64,000 bases of DNA from an uncultured Eubacteriales bacterium (lineage in GTDB: Bacteria > Bacillota > Clostridia > Oscillospirales > CAG-382): positions 59,209 to 123,208 of the forward strand of contig CAKSCV010000004.1 in assembly GCA_934444645.1 (NCBI GenBank). The letters are read 5' to 3'. The notes below the pieces were generated by a model. It saw nothing but the letters and a program-made list of their open reading frames with translations. It had not been told where the DNA came from and did not search any database. The translations under genes were made by a program, and so were the position numbers. Shown here piece by piece: positions 36,581-46,867 of this stretch; within the stretch, counting starts at the first letter, position 1; each line of letters begins with the position of its first letter.

Positions 36581-37982
36581 GCTTTTTTTGCGGCGTAAAA
36601 TTGCCGAAGCCAATGCGGCCGACGCGCTTTTCAAGCCGGATGACCGCGTTTTGGTGGCTCTTTCGGGCGGCGCGGACAGCGTGGCATTGCTGTTGGCGCT
36701 AAAAAAATTCTATCCGTCGCTTTCACTTGCCGCGTGCCATGTCAATCACCGCCTTCGCGGCGAAGAAGCCGAACGCGACGCGGCCTTTGCCGAAGCACTG
36801 TGCAAAAAGAACGGCATTCCGTTCGAGCTTTGCACGGCGGACGTTGCGGCTCTTGCCGAAAAGCAGAGGATTTCCACCGAGCTTGCCGCACGAAATGTCC
36901 GGTATGCGTTTTTCGAGGAGATTTGCCGCAAACGAAACATTCCGCTTGTTGCGTGTGCACACACGGCAAGCGACAATGCCGAAACGGTGCTTTTCAATCT
37001 CACGCGCGGTGCGGCTCTTTCGGGGCTTTCCGGCATTCCGCCTAAGCGGCCGCTTGCCGACGGCATAACCCTTATCCGCCCGCTTTTGTCGGTGCAGAGG
37101 GAGCACATCGAAGCCTTTCTTGCTTCTCTCGGTCAAAGCTATGTCACCGACTCCACCAACCTCGCCGATGATTATACGCGCAATTTTTTCCGCCATCAGG
37201 TGCTGCCGCTCTTGAAAACAGTCAATCCGTCGCTTGAAAACGGTCTTTGTGCTACAAGCCGCGTTTTGCGCGAAACGCAAATATTTCTTGAAAAAACGGC
37301 AAACAATAGCTTGACGGATCGTGTCACGGAGCTTGCCTTGCTGGACGAAGTGCTTTTGCGGCAAAGCATTTTGCTTTTATACCGGAAAAGCGGAGCTGCC
37401 GGAACGCCGGAATATGTGCATATTGGCGCCATCGCAGCCTTAGTGCGCGAAGCGGCAGAGCATGGCAGCAAGCGTGCGGAGGTCTGTCTTCCGGGCGGTG
37501 TGAGTGCCTGCATTTGCGACGGCATTCTCTCGTTTGAGCCGACCGTGCGGAAACAAAAAAGCATTCGGAAACCGTATCTGTATCCGCTTGCCGACGGCTT
37601 TTTTCGAATTCCGGATACGCCGTTTGCCGTACAGTTGGCTGACGATACCGATTTTTTGAAAAATAATGCAGGCATTCCCGAGGACTATGCGCTGTATGAC
37701 AGTGCCATCCTCGCGAAAGATCGGTGTGGCGCATTTTGCGTCCGTTCACGTGGGGACGGCGATACCGTTCGCTGCGGCGGCATGACGCGAAAGCTGAAAG
37801 AACTGTTAAATCAGAAAAAAATACCGACGGAGCTGCGCGGTCTGTTGCCGCTCGTGTGCGCGGCGGATACGCAGGAACTGCTGTTTGTGCCGCGTGTTGC
37901 CGTGTGTGATGCACACGCGCACAGTTTGGGTGCCTCACGGAAGCTCTGCCGGGTCAGTATATATATCCGAAACGGCGCATAA
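36570..37982 (+). CDS. tilS: tRNA(Ile)-lysidine synthetase
   Basis: 470 aa with PP-loop motif [12 protein letters not shown]. It overlaps the end of dnaB by 11 nt. Confidence 0.9.
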   Translation: MQIELFLRRKIAEANAADALFKPDDRVLVALSGGADSVALLLALKKFYPSLSLAACHVNHRLRGEEAERDAAFAEALCKKNGIPFELCTADVAALAEKQRISTELAARNVRYAFFEEICRKRNIPLVACAHTASDNAETVLFNLTRGAALSGLSGIPPKRPLADGITLIRPLLSVQREHIEAFLASLGQSYVTDSTNLADDYTRNFFRHQVLPLLKTVNPSLENGLCATSRVLRETQIFLEKTANNSLTDRVTELALLDEVLLRQSILLLYRKSGAAGTPEYVHIGAIAALVREAAEHGSKRAEVCLPGGVSACICDGILSFEPTVRKQKSIRKPYLYPLADGFFRIPDTPFAVQLADDTDFLKNNAGIPEDYALYDSAILAKDRCGAFCVRSRGDGDTVRCGGMTRKLKELLNQKKIPTELRGLLPLVCAADTQELLFVPRVAVCDAHAHSLGASRKLCRVSIYIRNGA

Positions 37983-38038
37983 TAAATCAAAAAGCCGTAT
38001 CAGCTTTGTATTACCATTTTGAACAGGAGACTCATTTG

Positions 38039-40153
38039 ATGAAAAATAACGGAAAAACCATTCTGTTTTATGTCGTCTTGATTATCGTTATCCTTTTTGC
38101 TTCGTATTTCTTGCTCGGCACCAAAGAGGAAAAACCGCCGGAATACAGCGAAATCGTCACGATGTTCGAAAACGGCGAGGTGGAAGCCTATAACGTTACC
38201 GCCGGAAATGTTTTGGACATCAAAACACGCGACAAGACAGGTTCGAACGGCGTTACCGTCAAAGGCAAGGAAATTTCGGTAAAATTGCGCAGTCTGGAGC
38301 TTTTCGAGCGCGATATCAAGCCGATTGTCTATGAACTCAATCATGACGACGACCCGGATAACGATATCACAAGCTACAACTACGAACCGCCGAAGGAAAC
38401 CTCTTTGTGGCTCAGCTTTTTGCCGTATATCCTTATGATCGTTTTCTTTGTCGTTTTGTGGTTCTTCGCCATGAATTCGGCCATGGGCGGCAAGGGCGGC
38501 AAAATCAACTCCTTCGGAAAATCCCGCGCTCGTGTCAACCTCGGCGGCAAAAATAAAGTGATGTTTACCGATGTGGCCGGTGCGGATGAGGAAAAGGAAG
38601 AATTGAAGGAAGTCGTAGACTTCTTGAAAAATCCGAAAAAGTTTACGGAGCTCGGCGCGAAAATTCCGCGCGGCGTGCTGCTCGTCGGCCCTCCCGGCAC
38701 GGGTAAAACGCTGCTTGCCAAGGCGGTCGCCGGAGAGGCGAATGTTCCGTTCTTCTCGATTTCCGGTTCGGATTTCGTGGAAATGTATGTCGGCGTGGGC
38801 GCATCGCGTGTGCGCGACCTCTTCGAAACGGCTAAGAAAACCGCGCCTGCCATCGTCTTTATCGATGAAATCGATGCAGTCGGCCGCCATCGCGGCGCAG
38901 GTCTCGGCGGCGGTCATGACGAGCGTGAGCAGACGCTCAACCAGCTGCTTGTCGAAATGGACGGCTTTGCCGAAAACGACGGCATTATCGTGATTGCCGC
39001 CACCAACCGTCCGGATATTCTCGACCCGGCACTGCTTCGCCCGGGACGCTTTGACCGCCAGGTTACCGTCAATTATCCCGACATTCGCGGCAGAGAAGAA
39101 ATCTTAAAGGTTCATGCCCGCAACAAACCGCTTGAAAAGGATGTGGATCTGTCGGTCATCGCCAAAACCACGGCCGGCTTTACCGGTGCGGATCTTGCCA
39201 ATCTTTTGAACGAAGCCGCTCTTCTTGCGGCACGCAAATCCAAGCACCTTATCGGCATGAAAGAGCTTGAAGAAGCTATGGTCAAGGTCATTGTCGGACC
39301 GCATAAAAAATCCAAGGTCATTTCGGATAAGAGCAAAAAGCTCACGGCTTACCATGAGGCCGGTCATGCTGTGGCATCCTTCTTTCTTCCGGGACATGAC
39401 GAGGTTCACCAGATCTCGATCATTCCGGCAGGCAGAGCCGGCGGCTATACCCTGTATCTGCCCAAAGAAGACCGCGATTATATGTCCAAGGGCGATATGG
39501 AAAACGAGCTTGTGTCCCTGCTCGGCGGACGCGTTGCAGAAAAGCTGACGCTGGACGATATCTCGACCGGCGCCTCCAACGACATCCAACGCGCCACCGA
39601 TATCGCGCGCAGCATGGTCACCAAATACGGTATGAGCGAAACTTTGGGTCCCATCGTCTACGGTGAAAATCAAGAGGAAGTGTTCCTCGGCATGAGCATG
39701 ACGCATTCGCGCAACTATTCTGAAACGGTTGCCGCGGAAATTGATGCGGAGGTTCGTACCGTCATCGAACGCGCGTACCGCCGCACGGAGAAGATCTTGA
39801 GCGAAAACATGGAAAAACTCACGTTTATTGCCGAATACCTCATCACGCACGAGTTGATGGATGAAGATCAGTTCCGCGCCGTGATGAACGGCAATCCGAC
39901 CGTGGAGGAGCTCGAAGAGATCGCTAAACAGAAAAACGATAACAGCGATAAACAGAATGCCGACGCACACGTCGCGAAAGCCAAAAAAAACGAAAAAGCC
40001 GTTGCTATGCCGGAGTCTGACGACGGAGATACCGCCGCGCGTGACAATATCCGGCGCCGTATCGCGGAAGAAAGCCAAGAGATGACATCGGATAACGCAG
40101 CGGATACGGACGACAAGACCGACAACGATACGCCGGACAATTCCGATAAATAA
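38039..40153 (+). CDS. ftsH: ATP-dependent zinc metalloprotease FtsH
   Basis: ORF 38006-40153, start at ATG 38039 (RBS AGGAG). Contains an AAA module ([13 protein letters not shown]), the Zn site HEAGHA and an acidic C-terminal tail. Confidence 0.96.
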   Translation: MKNNGKTILFYVVLIIVILFASYFLLGTKEEKPPEYSEIVTMFENGEVEAYNVTAGNVLDIKTRDKTGSNGVTVKGKEISVKLRSLELFERDIKPIVYELNHDDDPDNDITSYNYEPPKETSLWLSFLPYILMIVFFVVLWFFAMNSAMGGKGGKINSFGKSRARVNLGGKNKVMFTDVAGADEEKEELKEVVDFLKNPKKFTELGAKIPRGVLLVGPPGTGKTLLAKAVAGEANVPFFSISGSDFVEMYVGVGASRVRDLFETAKKTAPAIVFIDEIDAVGRHRGAGLGGGHDEREQTLNQLLVEMDGFAENDGIIVIAATNRPDILDPALLRPGRFDRQVTVNYPDIRGREEILKVHARNKPLEKDVDLSVIAKTTAGFTGADLANLLNEAALLAARKSKHLIGMKELEEAMVKVIVGPHKKSKVISDKSKKLTAYHEAGHAVASFFLPGHDEVHQISIIPAGRAGGYTLYLPKEDRDYMSKGDMENELVSLLGGRVAEKLTLDDISTGASNDIQRATDIARSMVTKYGMSETLGPIVYGENQEEVFLGMSMTHSRNYSETVAAEIDAEVRTVIERAYRRTEKILSENMEKLTFIAEYLITHELMDEDQFRAVMNGNPTVEELEEIAKQKNDNSDKQNADAHVAKAKKNEKAVAMPESDDGDTAARDNIRRRIAEESQEMTSDNAADTDDKTDNDTPDNSDK

Positions 40154-40162
40154 GATAACAAT

Positions 40163-41065
40163 ATGAAACACGTACAGAACACCACAAAAGGGACGCCGCA
40201 AGCGGCGTCCCTTCTCCAAAAAAACAAGCTTCCGCCGAAAGTGGCGGCCGTCCATGACATTTCCTGTATCGGCAGGTGCGCGATAACCGTGATTTTGCCG
40301 GTGCTCTCGGTCTGCGGCAACCAGGTGTGTCCGCTGCCGACGGCGCTGTTATCCACACATACAGGCGGCTATACCGGCTTTACCTTTCTCGATCTGACAA
40401 GCGAAATGCCGAAAATCACCGACCATTGGGAAACGCTTGGCACGGTGTTTGATGCGGTGTATTCCGGTTTTTTGGGCAGCGCCGATCAAATCGAGATTGT
40501 CCGCTCCTTTGCCCAAAAAGCCAAAGAGCGCAATCCCTCCTGTCTGTTCCTTGCCGATCCGGTCATGGGCGACGACGGAACGACCTATGCCACCTATACG
40601 CCCGAAATGTGCCGCCGGACGCGTCAGCTGATTGCGGATGCCGATATCATCACGCCGAACCTGACCGAAGCGTGTATCCTTTTGGATATGCCGTATGATA
40701 GGCAAAAAACAGAAGCCGAGCTTTGCACGATGGCAAAAAAACTGTCACAGCTTTGTAAAGGGCTTGTGTTCATCACGGGCATCCATCGGGATATAAACGA
40801 TACGGTCGGCGTGGTGTATTACGACAAGAAAACCGACCGGTTCGGCACGTATTTCACACCGCGCGATCCGCAAAATTATCCCGGAACCGGCGATGTGTTC
40901 GCATCTGTCATTCTTGCCGGTGCGCTTGCCGGCCTTTCGCCGGAGGTGACGGCTGTCAAAGCGTGCGATTTTATCTGCGAAGCCTCACATGTGACGACCA
41001 TGCTCGGCACACCGGTGCGCGAAGGCTTGGTGATCGAACCGCTTCTCGGAAGACTGATAAGCTGA
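40163..41065 (+). CDS. pdxK: pyridoxal/pyridoxamine kinase (ribokinase superfamily)
   Basis: 300 aa (VAAVHDISCIGRCAITVILPVLSVCG ... DPVMGD ... GTGDVFAS). The start is uncertain because no clear RBS precedes 40163. Confidence 0.8.
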   Translation: MKHVQNTTKGTPQAASLLQKNKLPPKVAAVHDISCIGRCAITVILPVLSVCGNQVCPLPTALLSTHTGGYTGFTFLDLTSEMPKITDHWETLGTVFDAVYSGFLGSADQIEIVRSFAQKAKERNPSCLFLADPVMGDDGTTYATYTPEMCRRTRQLIADADIITPNLTEACILLDMPYDRQKTEAELCTMAKKLSQLCKGLVFITGIHRDINDTVGVVYYDKKTDRFGTYFTPRDPQNYPGTGDVFASVILAGALAGLSPEVTAVKACDFICEASHVTTMLGTPVREGLVIEPLLGRLIS

Positions 41066-41095
41066 TATGGATCTCAAAACGGCCTGCGGCGTGCT

Positions 41096-41665
41096 TCACA
41101 GACCGTTTTTACATTCTTCGGCTTTGTCAAAAAAGCCTTTCGGATACGAGCAGAGCGGACATCTTTCGGGCGGCTCGTTGCCTTTGGTGCGGTAGCCGCA
41201 GTTGGAGCAGATCCACACGGTGTCGGCATCTCCGGTGTAAAGCTTTCCGTCGTACAAAGCGTCAGCCATTTTGCCAAATGCCGCGGCATGATCTGCTTCC
41301 ACAGCGCCGGTCATGGCAAATTTCTGCGCGATTTCGTCAAAGCCCTCCTCTTTGGCTACACGCGCCGCATCCGGATAAAAGGTTTTGCTCTCAAAGCGTT
41401 CGCCCGACAGCGCGTTTTCTAAGTTCTCTTCGGAAGAACCGAGTTCGTCCAAATAGCCGTACCACAGCTCGGCGTGTTCTTTTTCGTTGCCGGCGGTTTT
41501 GATAAATAACCGTCGGATGGGTTCATAGCCTTCGTCGCCGGCAAGAGAAGCAAATAACATATATTTTGTAAACGCTTGCGCTTCGCCGCGTGCCGCCTGT
41601 TTTAGCAGTTCTTCGGTTTTGCTTCCGGCAAGCGCATTCTGAACGGTTTTATGGGATGTATCCAT
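41096..41665 (-). CDS. rbr: rubrerythrin
   Basis: 189 aa with a ferritin-like diiron domain (EAQAFTKY ... NEKEHAELW ... AVEADHAAAF) and a C-terminal rubredoxin-like CSNCG ... CPLC. Confidence 0.93.
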   Translation of the reverse strand: MDTSHKTVQNALAGSKTEELLKQAARGEAQAFTKYMLFASLAGDEGYEPIRRLFIKTAGNEKEHAELWYGYLDELGSSEENLENALSGERFESKTFYPDAARVAKEEGFDEIAQKFAMTGAVEADHAAAFGKMADALYDGKLYTGDADTVWICSNCGYRTKGNEPPERCPLCSYPKGFFDKAEECKNGL

Positions 41666-41797
41666 CGGAATTTTCCTTTCGTCGGTTAATTGTGTCCTTA
41701 AAAGGCGGTAACGCCTTTCGTTTTCAGAATATGCCGTGCTTTAGCCATACGTGAAAACAGCCTTTTTGCGTCCTTGCGGTCATACCGGAAAAAAGAC

Positions 41798-41826
41798 TTG
41801 CAAAAACAGGCAATTTGTGGTATTAT
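41798..41826 (+). promoter_or_regulatory. sigma-A type promoter of scpB
   Basis: TTGCAA (41798-803), 17 nt, then TGgTATTAT (-10 at 41821-26). Confidence 0.55.
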
Positions 41827-41860
41827 AATATGAAACCTTTTGAAAAAGGAGCTAAAAATT

Positions 41861-42649
41861 TTGTCGGCAGAAAAAGAATATCAAACCGAGCTTTTGTGCG
41901 ACCAAGAGTATTTCACCAAAGCCGCCGAAGCCGCAATGTTTGCCTATGGCAGTCCCATCAGCTTTGAAAAGTTAGCGGAAGCCATCGGCGCGCGGGTGGA
42001 GGACATTCCGAAAATCCTGAATGCCATGATTCCGCGCTATAAGGATTCCGCCATCGAAGTGCTGATCTTGGGACGTGCGGCGCAGCTTGTCACCAAAAAC
42101 GAATATGCCGAAATCGTTCGCAACACCTTGGAAATCCGCCGCAGCCAGCCGTTGTCGCGTGCCGCACTTGAGGTGCTCTCCATCATCGCCTATAACCAAC
42201 CGGCCACACGCGCCCTTGTGGATAAAGTCAGAGGCATCGAATCGCCGTCGGTCATTCTCTCACTCTGCGACAAGGGGCTTATTGAGGAAAAGGGGCGACT
42301 GGACGCGCCGGGCAGACCTATGCTGTATGGAACGACACCGGCGTTTTTACGCACCTTCGGCCTTGAATCCATCGAAGACCTCGAACAGATTCCGGAGCTT
42401 GCCTCGTTCACCGAACAGATCAACGAGCATAAAAACGAGCTTCTTTTGGCTGAAAAACGGGAGTCACAGAAAACCATTCCCGGTCAGCTTGCCTTGGAGG
42501 AAGCACCGCATACTGCTGCTTCAGAACCTGTTGTTACCGAAGCGGATGAGCATTCCGACAGTGAACCGGAGAATGTTAACGAGTTGTCGGTAAGCACTGA
42601 AAACCAAAAAACAGCCGAACATACGGAGGAAACACATGAATCCGAGTGA
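41861..42649 (+). CDS. scpB: SMC-Scp complex subunit ScpB, with an acidic C-terminal extension
   Basis: ORF 41840-42649. The TTG at 41861 lies 9 nt after AAAGGAG and downstream of the predicted transcription start. Motifs: EAAMFAYGSPISFEKLAEAIG and ALEVLSIIAYNQPATRALVDKVRG. Confidence 0.85.
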   Translation: MSAEKEYQTELLCDQEYFTKAAEAAMFAYGSPISFEKLAEAIGARVEDIPKILNAMIPRYKDSAIEVLILGRAAQLVTKNEYAEIVRNTLEIRRSQPLSRAALEVLSIIAYNQPATRALVDKVRGIESPSVILSLCDKGLIEEKGRLDAPGRPMLYGTTPAFLRTFGLESIEDLEQIPELASFTEQINEHKNELLLAEKRESQKTIPGQLALEEAPHTAASEPVVTEADEHSDSEPENVNELSVSTENQKTAEHTEETHESE

Positions 42650-43268
42650 GCTTTTACACAGCGGCGAGATCTATGATCCGTCCGTGTCTGCAATCATGAC
42701 CGAGCAGACGGCGTGCCTGGAAAAACAGTATGATTTCAACGCCACACGCCCGTCCGAAGCGGCACGCCGCACGGAGCTTTTGAAAGAGATGTTCGCCGAG
42801 ATCGGTGAAAACTGCTATATTGAGCCGCCGTTACACGCCAATTGGGGCGGAAAACACGTGCATTTCGGCAAAAACGTGTATGCCAATTTCAACTTAACGC
42901 TTGTAGACGATACGCATATCTATGTCGGCGACGGGACCATGCTTGCACCGAATGTGGTGCTGGCTACGGCGGCACATCCCATTTTGCCGGAGCTTCGAAA
43001 AAAGCAATATCAGTTCAATTTGCCGGTGCATATCGGTAAAAACTGTTGGCTCGGTGCCGGCGTTATCGTTCTTCCGGGCGTGCATATCGGCGATGATACC
43101 GTGATCGGTGCCGGAAGCGTCGTGACAAAGGATATTCCGTCCGGCGTTGTGGCGGTCGGAAATCCTTGCCGTGTGTTACGCAAGATTTCGGCGCATGACC
43201 GCGCGTTTTATTATAAAGACCGCACCGTGCCGAAAGAAATGCTCGATATGCCGGGAAAAGGAGAGTAA
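42636..43268 (+). CDS. maa: sugar (maltose/galactoside) O-acetyltransferase, left-handed beta-helix
   Basis: 210 aa with the Mac N-terminal domain (SGEIYDP ... ELLKEMFAEIGE) and hexapeptide repeats (IGKNCWLGAGVIVLPGVHIGDDTVIGAGSVV). Confidence 0.88.
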   Translation: MNPSELLHSGEIYDPSVSAIMTEQTACLEKQYDFNATRPSEAARRTELLKEMFAEIGENCYIEPPLHANWGGKHVHFGKNVYANFNLTLVDDTHIYVGDGTMLAPNVVLATAAHPILPELRKKQYQFNLPVHIGKNCWLGAGVIVLPGVHIGDDTVIGAGSVVTKDIPSGVVAVGNPCRVLRKISAHDRAFYYKDRTVPKEMLDMPGKGE

Positions 43269-43270
43269 AC

Positions 43271-44113
43271 GTGGCTTTTGCAGTGGAAAAGGGAACGCTG
43301 TATGTGGTTCCCACACCGATCGGCAATCTGTCCGACATGACCGAGCGTGCGCTTGCCGTGTTGAAAGACGTCGATTTCGTGGCTGCCGAGGATACGCGTG
43401 TTTCGGGAAAGCTGTTGCGCTTGTTTGAAATTCACGCCGATTTTGTCAGCTATCACGAGCATAACAAAGCATCGCAGGGCGAAAAGATCGTTGAACGCTT
43501 AAAAGGCGGTCAAAGCGGCGCGATTGTGACCGATGCCGGAACACCGGCCATTTCCGATCCGGGCGAAGACCTGGTGGCAAAATGCCGCGAAAACGGCGTA
43601 AACGTCGTGCCGCTTCCGGGTGCGTGCGCCTTTGTGACGGCACTTTCCGCATCAGGCTTTTCGTCGCGCCGCTTTTGCTTCGAAGGCTTTCTGCCGACCG
43701 ATAAAAAAGAGCGCGCCGAGGTTTTAGACGACTATAAAAACGAGAAAAAAACCGTTATCTTCTATGAAGCACCGCACCGCGTTGCCGAAACCGCCGGAAT
43801 TTTATTGGAAGCTCTCGGCGACCGCCGTGTCTGCGCGGCACGGGAGCTTACCAAGTTAAACGAAGAGTTTTTTATTGGTTCTCTTTCGGAGCTGTGCAAG
43901 TGCTTTGAAACCAAAGAGCCGCGCGGCGAATATGTGCTGATCGTGGAGGGCGCGACAGAAACCGAAGAAGCTTTCTTTGCCGAAATGACGGTTGAACAGC
44001 ACGTAGCGTTTTACGAAAGCCAAGGCCTTTCGCGTATGGACGCGATAAAGGCTTGCGCCAAAGACCGCGGCGTTCCGAAAAACACCGTTTACAAGCAGTT
44101 GATTCCCTCATGA
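43271..44113 (+). CDS. rsmI: 16S rRNA (cytidine1402-2'-O)-methyltransferase
   Basis: 280 aa with a GTG start (GTLYVVPTPIGNLSDMTERAL ... AAEDTR ... SDAGTPAISDPG). Confidence 0.93.
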   Translation: MAFAVEKGTLYVVPTPIGNLSDMTERALAVLKDVDFVAAEDTRVSGKLLRLFEIHADFVSYHEHNKASQGEKIVERLKGGQSGAIVTDAGTPAISDPGEDLVAKCRENGVNVVPLPGACAFVTALSASGFSSRRFCFEGFLPTDKKERAEVLDDYKNEKKTVIFYEAPHRVAETAGILLEALGDRRVCAARELTKLNEEFFIGSLSELCKCFETKEPRGEYVLIVEGATETEEAFFAEMTVEQHVAFYESQGLSRMDAIKACAKDRGVPKNTVYKQLIPS

Positions 44114-45039
44114 GTGACTTTGTGTATCCCGACGGCAAACGGTATTTTACGTTTGACAGCTTTTTGAAACAGAAATTCGGCTGCAAAATTGCCAAGCTCT
44201 CCTTAAACGGCGGCTTTACCTGCCCGAACCGCGACGGCACAAAGGGGGTTGGCGGCTGTATCTACTGCTCGGATAAATTAAGCGGCGATTTTGCCGGCGA
44301 CCCGAAAACGAGCGTTGCGTCGCAGCTCGCTTACGAAAAAGCACTTGTGGCAGGTAAATGGAAGCATGTCAAATACATGGCGTATTTCCAAGCCGGAACG
44401 GGAACGTATGCACCGACAGAGCGATTGCGTGCCTTGTATGAAGCTGCGATTGCCGGAGAGGAGGTCGTAGCTCTCAGCATTGCCACGCGTCCCGATTCGA
44501 TTGCACCCGATGTGTACGACCTTTTGTCCGAGATAGCCGGCCGCACGTTTTTAACGGTCGAGCTTGGGCTGCAGAGCGTTTCCGACCAAACCGGGCGGCG
44601 TATCAACCGAAAAACCGACTATGCAGAGTTTTTAACCTGTTTCTCCGAACTCAAAAAACGCGGGATTGCCGTGTGTGTTCACCTTATCAACGGGCTTCCC
44701 GGCGAAACGCGCGAGGATATGCTCGAAAGCGTCAAGACCGTTTCCGCGCTTGATCCATGGGCCATCAAGCTGCATATGCTTCATGTGCTTCGCGGCACAG
44801 TGTGCGAAGCAATGTACCGAAACGGGGAATTCCGGACGTTTGAAAAGGACGAATACGTGAAGCTTGTCTGCGACGAACTTGAACATATCGCGCCGCATAT
44901 CGTCCTGCAGCGTTTGACCGGCGACGGAGCAAGAAGCGACCTTGTTGCACCCTTATGGAGCCTTAAAAAATTCGAACTTCTCAACGCCATCGACAAAGAA
45001 ATGAACCGGCGCGGCAGTTTTCAGGGAATACGCACATAA
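44110..45039 (+). CDS. TIGR01212-family radical SAM protein
   Basis: ORF 44053-45039. The ATG at 44110 overlaps the rsmI stop (ATGA). Motif: LNGGFTCPNRDGTKGVGGCIYC. Confidence 0.85.
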   Translation: MSDFVYPDGKRYFTFDSFLKQKFGCKIAKLSLNGGFTCPNRDGTKGVGGCIYCSDKLSGDFAGDPKTSVASQLAYEKALVAGKWKHVKYMAYFQAGTGTYAPTERLRALYEAAIAGEEVVALSIATRPDSIAPDVYDLLSEIAGRTFLTVELGLQSVSDQTGRRINRKTDYAEFLTCFSELKKRGIAVCVHLINGLPGETREDMLESVKTVSALDPWAIKLHMLHVLRGTVCEAMYRNGEFRTFEKDEYVKLVCDELEHIAPHIVLQRLTGDGARSDLVAPLWSLKKFELLNAIDKEMNRRGSFQGIRT

Positions 45040-45153
45040 AATCACGTTCTTTTCATCCAGACGGACGGTTTATTCATGCGGGATTCTCAAAATGCTTCAA
45101 TTCATATGTTAAAATAGAAAAGTAAAAGTATGGAAATGATCGAAAGGAATCGA

Positions 45154-46137
45154 ATGTCCATGATCGAAATCAATCATCTTGTCAAAAAATACGGTCAGAA
45201 CTTCGCGGTAAACGATATCAGCTTTTCGGTAAACGAAGGCGAAGTGCTCGGCTTTCTTGGTCCGAACGGTGCCGGGAAGACAACGACCATGAATATCTTG
45301 ACCGGCTATCTTTCGGCAACCGGCGGCAGTGCCAAAATTGCCGGAATCGACATTCTCGAAAACCCGATGGAGGCAAAAAAACATATCGGCTTCCTGCCGG
45401 AGCATCCGCCGCTGTATCCGGATATGACGGTTAAGGAATACTTGAATTTTGTCTACAACCTCAAAAAGTGTACGTTAAACCGCAAGGCACATTTGGGCGA
45501 GATCTGTGAAGTCATCCGCATCGAGGACGTGTATAAGCGGCCGATCAGCCATCTTTCCAAAGGCTATCGCCAGCGCGTCGGTATCGCCCAGGCGCTCATC
45601 GGCAATCCCGATGTGCTCATTTTCGATGAACCGACCGTCGGTCTTGACCCCAAACAGATCATCGAGATCCGCAACCTGATTACCGGACTCGGCAAAAAGC
45701 ATACCATCATCCTCAGCTCTCATATCTTACCCGAGGTGCAGTCGGTCTGCGGGCGGATCGTCATCATCAATAAGGGGAAGATTGTCGCCGATGCGAAGAC
45801 GGATGAGCTTGATGTGTTGACCGGCTCACGAAAGCTTGTGGCAAAAGTCACAGGAAAGCCGCAGGAGACCGCAAATCTTCTTTCTTCAATTCCGGGCGTT
45901 ACGGCGTGTGAGCAGCTTTCTGAGCGCGACGGAGATGCCTATGCGTTCCTTCTCGAATCGCAAAACGATGTGGATATCCGCAAAATGCTCTTTTCCAAGG
46001 TCGCTTCAAGCGGTCGTTTTTTGGTCGGGCTTGAGCCGGTCGGTGCCAATTTGGAGGACGTGTTTATCACGCTTACCGGTGCTCCGTCCGATGCGGCAAC
46101 CGATTCGCAGCTTACCGAAGGAGGCAAAACAGAATGA
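45154..46137 (+). CDS. ABC transporter ATP-binding protein (GldA-like)
   Basis: ORF 45130-46137. Candidate starts are 45130, 45154 and 45160, and the choice is uncertain. Walker A GPNGAGKTT, signature LSKGYRQR, Walker B LIFDEP. Confidence 0.9.
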   Translation: MSMIEINHLVKKYGQNFAVNDISFSVNEGEVLGFLGPNGAGKTTTMNILTGYLSATGGSAKIAGIDILENPMEAKKHIGFLPEHPPLYPDMTVKEYLNFVYNLKKCTLNRKAHLGEICEVIRIEDVYKRPISHLSKGYRQRVGIAQALIGNPDVLIFDEPTVGLDPKQIIEIRNLITGLGKKHTIILSSHILPEVQSVCGRIVIINKGKIVADAKTDELDVLTGSRKLVAKVTGKPQETANLLSSIPGVTACEQLSERDGDAYAFLLESQNDVDIRKMLFSKVASSGRFLVGLEPVGANLEDVFITLTGAPSDAATDSQLTEGGKTE

Positions 46138-46865
46138 ATGCCATCTATAAACGCGAGATGCTTGCGTATTTCACAACCCCGTCCGGCTATGTTTTCTCAG
46201 CCATCTTCTTTGCCTTGTCGGGCATTCTGTTTTCCATTTCCACGTTCGGAATGCAGTCTGCTTCCACGCGTATCTATTTTATCACCATGTTAGTTTCGTT
46301 TTGCGTGCTCATTCCGTTACTTACCATGAAACTTCTCAGCGAAGAACGCAAAAGCAAAACCGAGCAGATCATTTTAACATCCCCTGTAAGCCTGATGGGC
46401 ATGATCTCAGCGAAATTTTTTGCGGCGTATACCATGTTTGCCGGAACCTTGATCCTTTCATGCGCGCTCAATATCACGGCTCTTTATAAGCTTACGCAGA
46501 GCCAAAAAGACGTCATCGATAAGTTGAACCTTCCGACTGTGTTCGGCAGTATCATCGGAATTTTGCTCATCGGCGGCGTGTTTATTGCTCTCGGCTTGTT
46601 TTTGTCGGCACTTACCGAAACGCAGATCGTTGCGGCGGTGTCGTCTATCGGTGTGTTTGTGCTGATTTTCCTGTTCAGTCTGCTGCCGGGCTATATCGGC
46701 AACGGCGTTATCCGCACGGTCATCAAATGGTTTTCCGTGTTTGACCGGTATTATCCGTTTACAACCGGCGTTTTTGATATCACCGCCATTGTGTATTATC
46801 TCAGTCTGACGGTCGTATTTTTGTTTTTAACCATTCGCATTTATGAAAAGAGAAGGTGGGCATAA
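46134..46865 (+). CDS. ABC-2 type transporter permease (GldF-like)
   Basis: 243 aa with about 6 TM segments. Its start overlaps the ATPase stop (ATGA). Confidence 0.82.
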   Translation: MNAIYKREMLAYFTTPSGYVFSAIFFALSGILFSISTFGMQSASTRIYFITMLVSFCVLIPLLTMKLLSEERKSKTEQIILTSPVSLMGMISAKFFAAYTMFAGTLILSCALNITALYKLTQSQKDVIDKLNLPTVFGSIIGILLIGGVFIALGLFLSALTETQIVAAVSSIGVFVLIFLFSLLPGYIGNGVIRTVIKWFSVFDRYYPFTTGVFDITAIVYYLSLTVVFLFLTIRIYEKRRWA

Positions 46866-46867
46866 CC

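Noticed and set aside
38000-40255. Minus-strand ORFs of 305 aa (38000-38917) and 383 aa (39104-40255) opposite ftsH.
   Set aside because: They are antisense to an unmistakable FtsH and have no motifs or RBS, so they are shadow ORFs. The same reasoning applies to 11576-12400 (opposite fhs/purL), 31916-32839 (opposite the YnbB-like gene), 59550-60359, 50756-51457, 25024-25677, 25783-26376 and the many 60-230 aa ORFs nested in the pur genes.
41704-41730. Hairpin AAAGGCG-GTAA-CGCCTTT followed by CGTTTT on the plus strand, considered as a terminator.
   Set aside because: No plus-strand gene ends nearby (pdxK stops at 41065). It lies in the 5' region of the minus-strand rubrerythrin gene, so it is at most a UTR or promoter-region structure. 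I found no convincing PerR/Fur-type box to go with it.
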